Shown piece by piece: positions 39,701 through 51,200 of a stretch of 64,000 nucleotides of DNA. The notes below the pieces were generated by a model. The model searched no databases. It saw nothing but the letters and a program-made list of their open reading frames with translations, and had not been told where the DNA came from. Position 1 is the stretch's first letter. Each line of letters starts with the position of its first letter. The stretch is from contig CAJINV010000014.1 of the NCBI GenBank assembly GCA_905178155.1, forward strand, positions 902,116 through 966,115, written 5' to 3'. Source of the DNA: Amoebophrya sp. A120. Lineage: Eukaryota > Protista > Dinoflagellata. Position numbers and translations under genes: made by a program.

Positions 39701-42700
39701 CCTCCATGTCCTCGTCCGCCCGGTTTGTCTGCTGGTTTCCAAACTCGTCTTTCCGCTCCTCTTCCCGCAGAACCCGCTGCATCTCGTATCAAATGCAAAA
39801 GTGTCTGGGACTGGAAGGATGCAACTTGTGATGCTGCATTTGGATTCCAAAAAAATCTGTATTGCAGCAGCAGCGAAGGGAGTGCAATTTTTGCTACGCA
39901 GAGAGGGCATTTGTCATGCGGAATAGGCATCAAGAAGCACTCAAAAAATCTGTGACGCTAGGGCATGCATCACAAACGTCATGGCTCATGCAAAAGGGGC
40001 ATGACAGGCAGACACTTTTGCAATTGATATCTCGCGCTCGCGCTCGACGGACTTCGGCCGCAGAATCTCGATCACCGGGTCGGACCCAAGTAGCTTGCCG
40101 CCACTGATCAGGTTTATTTGAAGTAGATGGGGAGTTGTTCATGAATACTATCTGTCATGGGGGCTTCTTGAGAAAAAGAGATCAAGACACAGGCTCTAAG
40201 CATGGCCTTTACTTGTCGCACACTATAATGGATGTCAAACTGCTGGTGAATCTTCAATCTAGTACTTGGAACCAAACATGTACATCAAAAAAAATTTGTT
40301 CTCCATACCGAAAATTCCTCCGTTTCGGCCAAACGTCTTCCCGGTCATTGCCCTCGAAGTAGCTCGCGTACGTTTTCGGTGCCCACGTGGACGTGGTGAT
40401 CGCGTTGCCGAGGGTGACCCACCCGTCCCGGAGGTTGTTGTCGGTGCCGAAGAGCTCCAGTCTTCTCCTCCCAAGGCAAAAGTGCTCAATGATTTCGTAC
40501 AGTTCGTGCGGCTTCTCAGTACTCCCAAACAGCTCCGGCTCTTCCGCAATAATCACGTCCGTGTCAATGTTCGCATGGATAAAATTCGTGTCCACCGAAC
40601 GCCGGACGGTACCTACAAAAACGTTATTCTGTCGTACACGTAAGTAACTTGCGCGTCACGACACCACCGACCAATGGGGCGGCGCTTCGCTCTGGATCAA
40701 AATAACCATATCTGAACCATCAAAATCTGTAGGCTGCTATACCTTTGATTCCCATCAAACAGTGTTCCTTCGTGCGGAACAGGTAACTGTCGTTTATCCA
40801 AGAAAAAAACATTGTAGGTGTAACTTTTTTGATTTTGGAGGAACAGCATTACAAATTTGTCTGGCATGACAGCAAAAACCTGTCATGCGCAGATAGTACA
40901 TGAAAACGCCCTTTAATGGGCCCTACGATGCATGCCAAGCATGACAGACGCAATCATCTTGCATGTTGCACATCACAAATTTACACTAACAACGTTTTTT
41001 TCTTGGATATCGTTGTCCAAGAAGTTCGTGTTCCGCCTGTCCACGTACTCCTCGGGGTTCATGTCCCGCCAGGTGCGGTTGGTTTTGATCCAACACAGAT
41101 CCTCGATCCGGCGCAGCCCCCACTTGTTGAACAGCGCCCGCCCCTCCTCGAGGTGCGTTTCGCCGACCCAGAGAAACACAAACGACCGGTCGGACAGCAC
41201 TTCGTCGAGTTTCAGGCTCGCGATCTCCGAAAAGGTCCAGGGCGTGAGGTCCTCGCCAAACACGTCCAAACCCCCGGTGCGATAGTTGTACTCGGACCAC
41301 GGTTATTGCCTGCAAATATCGATCTGGGTCTGGAAGTTGTAGTCATGATTGGCAGAGTTTATTTTTGTCTTGCAGATAATCTTAGTACATGTTGACCCGC
41401 GATGTCATTGACGCATGCTGTAGCGTCAACGAGGTTCTTTCGCGAAATGGGCTTGAAATTCAAATTCTTGACGCGGCTATTCATGCAAAAATACAGGTTT
41501 ACTTTTGTTTGATGGAAATTTAGCGTCACATCCAGTTCCATTCTTATTCTTCCCAGACCCAGACATTACATTTGCAACGCATCATAACGGCGGATCGATG
41601 ATAACCGTGTCGAACTTCACGTCCAGGGACTTCAAGGAAAACTCCTTCAAATCACACTTGAGGGCCATGGCGGGCGTCGCGCGGTACTTGATGATCTGGT
41701 CCTTCAACTTGACCACCCTTTCCAGCTTCCGGTAGTCCTCGTACCGGGAAGAGAGATCCATGTCGTGAATGAAATTCTGGGGTCGCAACCCCGTGTCCAC
41801 GAAGACTTGGCAGTAGTCGTTCCGCAGAACCTCCTCGGTGACGTTTCCCGGGTCGATTTTTGGGGACTGGAGCGGGGGCGGGTTGGACTGCGGGGGCAGT
41901 TGCTGTTGTTGTCCAACAGGAGGTGCACCGGGGTTCATGTAGGTCTGCGGTGGCGGATTCGCTTGACCAGCACCACCACCTGGCTGCGCCGTTGTATTTG
42001 CGGAAGCTGTCGTGGCACTAGTACCGTTAGTAGTGTTATGTGGAAGCAAAACCGGAAAGGTCGACGTCGCAGTGCTAGGCTGGTGGTGCGCGAACCCCAC
42101 TACAGCACCCTCGGGTTGCAGCGTAGAACCAGCGGGGCCAGGCGGACCCCCCGCGCCGAAAACAAGCGGTGGGGACGAGCCGGCGTTTTCTCCGGACGGG
42201 GGCAGAATGAGGTTTGGGGAGCTGTATTGGAGGTTCCTATTTTTGTGCTGCCGACTCGACGAAACATCTGCCCCCGGGTGGGTTTGCGATTTGGATGGGT
42301 AGGTCTTACTTTTTTCTTTACGGTGGCTGGCATGCTTGTCTCGGTCAGCATTGTTCCTCCGCTCCGACCGCTGCCGGTGATCGCCACGCTCTGTTGTATT
42401 TTCAGTATGTGTCTTTGTGCGTACGGAACATGATGATGCAATATAGGAGAATGAGAATGAAGCAGACTTCTGAAAGACCGACAGTAGAGCCGGTGTTGAT
42501 CAAGAATTTGCTCTGCATACAAAGAAAAACGAGCTCACTGCTGTTGTTGTTCTCAGCCAATGTTCAATTAGAAGATTTCTACTGTTGGAACGTCAACTTT
42601 GGAGGATCACACGAACAAAGTGAACCACCAAATGGGGACTTCCGCGATCAGTGTACCACGAGTTTCCCGCGTTACCTCGCACAAAAGATAGCAAGAAACG

Positions 42701-43711
42701 TAGTTTGCAAGTGGATAGAACTTTGATTTTCAACACCAGGAGGCTCAGTGTAGTTCGGAAAGGAAATACTAGCAGTGCTAATATCGCAGTACCTTTATTC
42801 CTCTCCCCTCCTCGGAGGTCCCCGCCATTTTGGTCGCGTTTCAACATTTTGCTCACATGGTCTCCGTCCCGTTTTTTTTTCTGCGGTTTTGCATCTTTCC
42901 CTTCGGCAAAATTTTCCGGAGCATCGCTGCTATCCTTCTCTCTTTCTCTGTCTCTTCCTCGCTCTTTCACCTTCACTTCTCCCCTGTGTCTCTCCCGATG
43001 TCCTTCTCCTCGTGTTTGTTCCTTCTCCCGGTCTCTTCGCCTGCCGCTGCTGTCCCCGAGAAAATGCTCCTTCGCCGATACCGCCGAGGATTCCTTCGAG
43101 GAATGCTTCGAGGAAACCGCCGCCCCGTAGTAATTGCTGCTGTCGTCCCGCGACGCCTCGCCACGGGAAGACGTCGCTGCACCGTGATTATGGGAGACTA
43201 CATTCACCGAGCCGTCTTGGGAGGAAAGCGCGTGCGGCTTGGAGGATTTTTCCCTCTCGACATTCCTAGTACCAGGAAGATCTTCGCTGCTGTGTTCCCT
43301 CGAAGCCGTCCGCTTGGCGGGTTTTAGCTCGATGGACTTCTTCCGCGTGCTGACCTTGGTTGTAGTGCCAGCATTCATTTCGCTCATCTCCGGCCTCGAG
43401 CCTCTGCTCCTGTGCTGGTCCCTCTCAACGACCCTGCGGTGGTCCTTACCACTACCATGATCTTCTCGCGGCTCTGCTCTGGAGTGGTCAGAGTCTACTT
43501 CATGATGTTCAATATTTTCCGATGTCAAGACGCTAGTTTTGATGTGTTTGTCGGCATGTCTCCCCGAACCGGAAGTCGCACGTTTCTCATCTTTGTCTTT
43601 GTCTTTGCGGCGACTGCGGTCTTTCTCTTTCTGGTTGTCTTTCTGCTCTTTCTCCCGGTCGCGGTCCCGGGACCGCTTTGCGCGCTCCTGACTGGGCCGA
43701 CGCCGGATCAT
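36753..43711 (-). CDS. METTL14: METTL14/MTB-like m6A methyltransferase subunit (MT-A70 family) with long low-complexity N- and C-terminal extensions
   Basis: [28 protein letters not shown]|[40 protein letters not shown]|[39 protein letters not shown] and LRPKS. Introns: introners 39787, 40795 and 41304; GT-AG 40104-40308, 40613-40742 and about 42392-42792. Confidence 0.92.
39787..40029. mobile_element. Introner, family A (right TIR partly deleted)
   Basis: Perfect TCTCG DR; removal gives ERERE|MQRVL. Confidence 0.92.
40795..41009. mobile_element. Introner, family E (TIR TATCCAAGAAAAAAAC)
   Basis: Perfect TCGTT DR; removal gives LDND|[10 protein letters not shown]. Confidence 0.92.
41304..41586. 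mobile_element. Introner, family A (degenerate), at the DPPW Trp codon
   Basis: DR ACGGT/ACGGC; removal gives GAT CCG CCG T|GG. Confidence 0.88.
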
Positions 43712-44637
43712 GATAACGATCTCGGGCTCGGGGGCGGGCGGACTACAATGGTGTTGATCTTCCGGGGAGGTCCTCGCGGGCGGGTTCAAGATTGTTCGCT
43801 GATTTAGGCTGCCTCTTTACCACAAAACTCGCGACTTGTTTCATCTTGGATGAAAGGTTGTTGTGAGAGGTTCTTCCGTGCGCACGCCACCGCGAGCGGC
43901 CTGCGGGGTCATAAATAAAGTTAATCTTAATCTGTTGATACTTCGTGTATGTGTTTTTTTCCTACTGCGGCCGTGCCGACGGGGGATAACAATACAACAC
44001 TTACATCTACTTACAAGGGGGGTGCGTGATTGCTGCGTGTTGCTCCGTGGGGTAGAGCGTTCGTCTTAGTAGGTCTCACCAAATAATGACTTGATCTTCA
44101 GGGATAAAGCGACTTTCTCACTGCCCGGGGGAAATTACGAAACACAAACATCAAAGAAAAGCTCCCCGTGTTTGTGAGCTTAATAGTACGGTCAAATTTC
44201 CAAACATAAGTTGGTTTGTGTAGCTACTTCTGATTTAAGGCTAAAAAGTCATCTCTTTCGGTAGGACTTTTGAAAACTGGAGCTTGACAAGATCATCGCG
44301 GGCTACAGGACAAGACGTGCAGATCTGACAAGAAGAAAAGGCCAAGATCATGAAAGCCCGTTAGATCGCAACGCCTCTGTCATCATTCTCGAGGATCGTG
44401 AGGACTTGGGGCGATGAACACGCTATGTCTAATTTACAACCACCTTGCGCAGAACCACCTGAGGAGGCATAGCACATCACTTGTACTGAAAATCAATTCG
44501 AATTTTTTTCTTTTTTGTAATGTAAACAACGTTTGAAGCATTGCAAGGATAACCTGTGGAGCGAAATCGTATACGTTGGTACGGATTTTTTCGATGCCGG
44601 CACCAGGTGCAAGATTACTTTTCGCACAGCATCTACG

Positions 44638-47411
44638 TCACGAGAAGAACAGATCTGCCATGGTTGCGTCCACTCCCGCTGACTTCGCCAAGGCTAGCGC
44701 GGTCGTGTCCTTCTGCGCTGTTGCCACTGTAGTTCTACTGCTGCTCTCTTCTACTGCGACCATGGCGGAACTTCTACATGGCTTCTGCTCCTCTCTCGCT
44801 GCCAGTTCGGCGCCGGAAGATGGTCGTGGTTGGCCTGAGAATTCCATCTTCGGCGAACGACCTACACGGGCGGAAACATCTTCAGTACTGCGCAAGTTGT
44901 TACCGTCAGTATGAAGATTATCTGCCCCACCACCAACCGCCGCTCCGCCGCTGCGACAGAGGGAAACGAGAGAGCGCAGCCGTTGGGAAGACGATTGCTT
45001 GTTCTCTCGAAACACGGGCTTTTCCAACTTTCCGAGCCGCACCGCTTCGGTAAGGGAGAGGGAAAATTCCTGATATTTATGTTGTAGTATTTTAAGAAAT
45101 GGTTTTTGTAAATAAAACAGAAAGCACATGCCTTCAAAATGCATCCATATCGCACCAAGTAAGTAGAACAAGACCAACGCATTCCGTAGTACCTGCAACC
45201 GTTGCGAGCTGACCAGCGTGACGCTGTCGTGTGCACGGAGACGTTTAACCGTGTCATTATCAAATGCAAAAATGTCTGGGTCTGGAATGTTGCAGGGTTT
45301 GTCATGCATATTTTGCACGACCCAGGATTGTGTGTGATGCACGACCTAGTAACATCACAGATTTTTAGAGGGCTTCCTGATGCCTACTCCGTATCACAAA
45401 TGCCCTCCCCGCGTAGCACAAACTAGATTCCTCTTGCTGGTCATGCAATACAGATGTTTTTAGAGTACAAAGTTAGCATCACAAGTTCCAACCTTCCAGA
45501 GGACCCAGACATTTTTACATTTGATAGTCATCCCGATACAGCAACTCATCGTCCAAGTCGGCTTGCGTGCGCTCAATCGCCTTCATCAAGTGCTTGTACT
45601 CTTCCGTCAGTGCCTCTTTCACACTCGTGGCCAGCTGCAAAAGCTGCTTTTTGTTGAACTTCTGAGCCTGGGCGGGTTGTTCCTGCTCAGAAGTTTTTGT
45701 GTTGCTGGAGGACTCTACTGCTGTGGGTGTAGTTGTTCCGCCATCGACATGATCCTCGGTTTGCATTTTATTCCCCCCTTGTGTAGTCGCCGTGGTCCCC
45801 GCTGGTGTTCTGGAAGCAGTAGATTTATCTTCGTCCTTGTGAGAAATTTCTCTCGCAGGAGACGCGGAACTACTATCGGCAAGGTTCAACATCTCCGCTT
45901 CCGTCGTTGGGGAACTGGAGGAGGACGAGGTCGCTGAATTCGCGTTGCTCTCCGTGCCGGAACTCTGCCCCCCTTCGGCCGTACTGCAAGACGCTCCTGA
46001 CGTGGAACTGCAACTAGCGCTAGATGATGCTGAACTGCCACCGCCTGTTCTTGTCTGGAATGTCGATTTATTCTCCGCGACTCCGGCTGGAGGACGAAGA
46101 TTTTTGTGCACAACAGTACTACACGACGAGCCAGTTGTGTGATGATGTTGCATCATCTCGATCGGGTTTTTTCCCGTACTCGGTCGGGTCGACCCGGCAG
46201 ACCGGGCTGTGGACAGTGGCGTTCCGACGTTCAATAACCTGCCAGAAGTTTCTCCGTCGTCGGCCCCCGCAGGTTGCACTTCCACACCCTCCTCGTCAAC
46301 ATTCCCGCCGAATAAACTGGTACTCCCCGCAAGCCGGCTGCTGGGTCGCGCGGAGCAGCTACTGCTCGCGCGGGCCGTGGACGGCCGGGAGCTGGTCTTG
46401 TCGAAGTCCGAATAGTTGAGCAAAAAAGTCAGCACCGCGGAATCCGTTTGCGGTAACACCGTTTGCAGGGGAACGCTGTGTTTCCGGGAAATCTCGCGCA
46501 GGGACTCGATCAGCGAGAGACACCTTAAAACATTTTGGAAATTGTAAAAGCGCCGTTGTCTACTTCACGAGGGCTGCACTGCCAGAAGATGCTCTTTTTG
46601 ATGTTGCAATCGCGAGGATGCGACATATTTTTACACTGCACAACACGTCGAAGTTAGTATGGAACATCAGCAACGAAGACTCCTGCAGAGAAACTTCAAA
46701 AACAAAAAGAAACCCAATTCCGTAGCATCAATACTTCTGAATCAGTAGGTCCCGTTGCGGCGTCTGCAGCAGTGTCTCTCTCTCCCGCGCTTCGTTTTCC
46801 CTTTTCTCCAGCAGATCGTCGTTCTGCGCCCGGAAATCGTGCAGGATTTCCCGTAAGCAGTGGAGCTCGCGTAGCAATTGCTTGTTCCGCCAGGAAATTT
46901 TCTCCCCGAACCCGTACAAGTGATTCAGCTTCACCTTCAACTCAAACAGCTCCACGGGCAGAAGCGACTGCGCCACGGTGCTCCACACCAGCTGGGATTC
47001 GGCGAAGTAAAAACCCGGGTGGTTGTCGGAGAAGGGGTTCTTATGGTCCTTTTCCACGGCTACTACCGGAGGTTCTGACGTTTCATCCAGGTAATCCTGG
47101 TCGTGGTGGTCGACTTTCATAACAGATGATGTTGAAAAGGAAGATACAGCTGTGGATGAACTAGAAGGTGCTTGAGCTTGTCCTCCTCCTGCTCCTGAAT
47201 TTGTACTTGCATCACTCGGGGGAGGAACAAATTTGCTAGAGGAGGAGCTGGAACTCGGGGTGCGCGGCGTCGTCCTCTTCGCTACAGACATCGCCGTTGC
47301 CCTGTAGCTCGCTGGTGTTCCTGTAGTGACTGGCCCCGTCGTGCTGGTCGCCGCCGCTTCCTTCAGGTTCAGGGCCGGAACGACCGGCATTGATGCTGGG
47401 GACTTCTGCAT
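44638..47411 (-). CDS. CCDC24-like coiled-coil protein
   Basis: LVWSTVAQSLLPVELFELK...LLRELHCLREIL, DLLIQK|CLSLIESLRE and VKEALTEEYKHLMKAIERTQADLDDE resemble CCDC24 blocks. GT-AG intron 46524-46734, introner 45258 and a further GT-AG intron near 45070-45192. Confidence 0.6.
45258..45526. mobile_element. Introner, family A (inverted orientation)
   Basis: Perfect GTCAT DR; removal gives YRDD|TVKRL. Confidence 0.95.
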
Positions 47412-48240
47412 GGTCCTCGTATTCTTGCCACACCTCCGGGGTACTAGTTGTAGTGCCAGTAAGAAACAACGTCCCGCGCCCGCCTCCGAACGTGGTTAGC
47501 AGCAGCTCCTGCTGCTTCTGCACAGATCGAAGTTCATTATATCGGGTAAGTACTTAGCAGATAACGTCGAGTCAGCGATCAAGTAAGCAGCAGCAGTCCC
47601 TCGTGCAGGAGCTCGAGTAGATGGACGATACCGGGCATGGTTCTTGGTTTTGCGAATATCAAATCAGAAGTCCCCGACCACACAGGCGGCTGGATTTAAG
47701 TTTACTGATACGAAACCACGGACAAAGAAGATTCGAAACCATAACAAGCCATCCTCCTTTCATCTCGAATCATACTCCAATCGCTTGCTCGTCAACCGAT
47801 TTTTGACTTTCGTACTTAGAAGCACGATATCATCAAAGTTCGATACCAATTCTCACGATCCCTCGTACCAAAACTACCAGTGTTGTGACTCGACGATTAT
47901 TCGTTATCATCGATTTTACAAGTGACGATTAGCCAAATAAGTCGTGGCAGCAATCAGTGAGTGTCTCTCTACTTAGAGGCACGATTGATAATTCGCCCCG
48001 ACACAATTCCAGTGAAAACGGAGAGCGAACCACGTGGGTGCATTCGGAAGGCGGGAGAATTTTGCGCCAGAGCATTTTACTTCGGAATGCACATCAGCCA
48101 GGCGACCATACGCAGCCTCATCAAGCATTTCTTGCATTTGATCCGAGTCTCGACGGGATAGGGAAGATAGCTACTGCTACATTACATCAGGGGATAACAT
48201 GTCACAAGTGGATACAACTTATTTTCAAGCGTTATTTCAT

Positions 48241-51200
48241 CTACAGAAACTCATCCGGGTCCTGTTCGTCATCGTCGCTCGAAATAGCCAAGTTCGAGCC
48301 CACCTTCCCTCCGCCACCCCTTCCCATTCTCCCCCTGCTTCCGCGGTCATGGAAATCGCGATTTCGCAGTATCCGCGCATTCCCCGGCGTGCGGCCCGCA
48401 ATCACACCCCCAGATGTTGATGTTGAAGATGATCCGTTATAATTTGCCGTCCCCGTGGTCGTACCAACCCGCGTCGGCAACTGCAAAGGTCGGATCGGCG
48501 GAGAAGTTGGATTGTTCACCGCTGCCTCCACCTTCTTATTCTTGCTACTGTTCACCTGCAACGGTCCTCGGGAGTTCGCTTGTGGGCTGGTGTGCTCGAA
48601 TGATCTCCGGGAGGTGGAACTTTGTTTGTTTGTTCCGCGCGGCTGTTGTTCCTGGGTACAACTAGTAGTGCCAGATGCTCCTGGACTTGTTGTTCTTACA
48701 CCGTCGCCAGCTGCACCTCCTGCGGTCGGGGACTTTTGCAGCTGCGTCAAGTTGTACAGACCTTGAAAGGGCAACGCGGTAAAGTCCTCCTCGTTTATTT
48801 GCTCGGTGTCGGTGTGTTGCGTCGCGGTCGAGGAGGAATCGGAGCGGGCGGGGAGATCGTGGTGATGTCCACCGGACGACGAGACCGGATTTGATATTCT
48901 TGGAAATGATGTTGCATAATTGCCGGCTGTACTAGAATTGTTCTCAGTTCTTGCGCTTGGTCTTCTACTTCCTGCCACGACCCCTCCTCGCCCTCGCCTC
49001 GTGGCAGTTTCTCGATGTACCTGCTCCGGACAGTCTTCGGAAGAGGGGTCGATGTTCGTCCTCGGACTGTCCATGGTGTTGAGGCCCTGAAGATCTTGGT
49101 CCAGAACCAGCACATTGACGTCGCCGTTCGGACCCCTAGTTCCATTTGCCAGCAGCACTTCTGCGCTTGCATTCCCCGCTGGAGAAGAAGAAGTGGCAAG
49201 AATTCTCCTGCCACTGTTCCTCCTTCGCTCACCAGGACTCTCGTCAAGAACATCGGTGGCGGTGTAATTCTGCAGCGCTTTCGTCCTTTCTATGACCGCC
49301 ACGATGTCGTGTCGCATGTCGTTGTTCACCACGCCCGCAAACCAACTGCTCATCAACAAATCTCCGACTTCCGCCCGGTGTTTGGGGTTCAACTTTATGC
49401 AGGCCGCGACCAGAGAGTCGTCGTCGAAGGGCTTCTTTTCCAGGTACTGGTTCGGCGGCGCGGGGATATCTATCGTAAGGAAAAATCCCCCCTCCCCATA
49501 TTGAAAAGGTATGTTTCCGAAGATTTGCGTTGCTGATTTGAGGCCACGGATCGCATTTGTCTTGCAAGAAGACAAGGGCAGAAGCTTCCGCCCCATTATG
49601 GAAGCGGCTTGCCATGCTGTTGGGCCTAAAGAGGAGCCGTTTGCCATGCTGAACAACTAGACCCATACGCCCCTACCTTGCCTGGGGATCTGGCCGCAGT
49701 GCCTCTCTGCAATACAAAGCTGCTTTGTGTATACAAATCCAGCATCAGAAATTCCGTTTTGATATGGGGAGGGGGGATTTTTCCTTTCGATAATATCGAT
49801 AAACTGGATTTTCCCGTAGTCCGGAAGCGCTCTCACCTCAGGCCAGTCGGCGTGCTTCACCGTGCCCAGGCAGTGGAAGATTTTCCCGAGCTGCTGAATA
49901 TCGCAGTCGCCGTCGAATAGGACCTTATTCGTTTGTACAGCTTCTCGGGCCGATGCAATAAAGTCTTCTCGTTCATCGCCGTCGAAATCGAACATCAAAG
50001 CCGTCGTTGCGGGATTGGAAATCGTGGGCGCAAGTAGAACCGGCTTCATCTCGTCGGTCGGTGGTTGTGGTCCGCTGCTTGGCTGTTGCGGTGGTGCGTT
50101 CTGTTCGCCGTGGGAGGTAGTTGTTCCTGCTCCCGGTGCTTGGCTTGGACTTCGGGCAGTGGGAGTAGGAACGGCATGATCTTCGCTCGTCGAGTGAGGA
50201 GAACTATTGGTCTTCAAATGTTGCATCAGTTCGTAGATGATGCACCCCACCGCCCAAATGTCGATTTTCTCGTCGTAGGTGTAGGACCCGTAGAGCAGCT
50301 CTGGCGACTTGTACCACCGCGTGCAGATCTCCCGCGTCAAAGCGTTGGCTGCTTATGCAAGGAAAAAAGTGTTTATTCACAGTAACACATTTGTTGGCGG
50401 CTAATCAGCAACACAAACTGGATGTGGTCCTGCATGATGACAGAGGAAGCTTAGCTTCAAACTTTTATGCAGAGATCTACTTCACAAGGGAACATTAAAA
50501 CACGTATGATACTAACCTCCTCCTGAGTACTAAATTTATCCGGCATGACAGACCTTCTCTGTCTTGCTTGCTCTACTGTGCCATAATGTATCACTGCAAC
50601 AGCACTTTTTTCTTTGCATACCGCTGCGCCAGTAGACACTATCGAGGACTTGTGGTTTTGGTTTTGCTTCATTCCTGGTCGATTCACCATTTTCGAGGAA
50701 TCCGGAGCGGCAGTAGCTGCGACGACATGTCCTTCCTTGTTGGTACTAGCTGCAGATGCTGCACCTGCTGCAGCTCCCAGCAGGTTCTCGAGCGCATCCG
50801 GTGCGGTTCCCAGTAATGGGTGCGGGCGCTTGGTGGCTCTCGTCGGCGAGGAACTGCTATTATTTTCCGAGCGGTTCTCTACGCCAGGAGAACGAGGGTC
50901 GGGGAGATCTGATGTAGAGCTCGCAATTGTGGAGGTTCTTTTTGCTCCATCTTTATTGATTTTCGAATTTATAGCACCAGCAACATCAGCAGTGTTTGGG
51001 AGAAGGTTCCGGTCCTGGTCGCTGGGGACATTGGCTTCTTCAGTCGGATTTCCTTGTTCACTCGTCGCCTGAGTACTTCTAGAGTTGACCGTCGCGCCGC
51101 AACTAGCAGCAGTCGTGGTACTTCTCGCCCCTGCACTGGAGGAACTGGCTCTCGCTCCACACGTGGCAGCAAGTGGCTTGGTATCGACTGCAGCTGGTTC

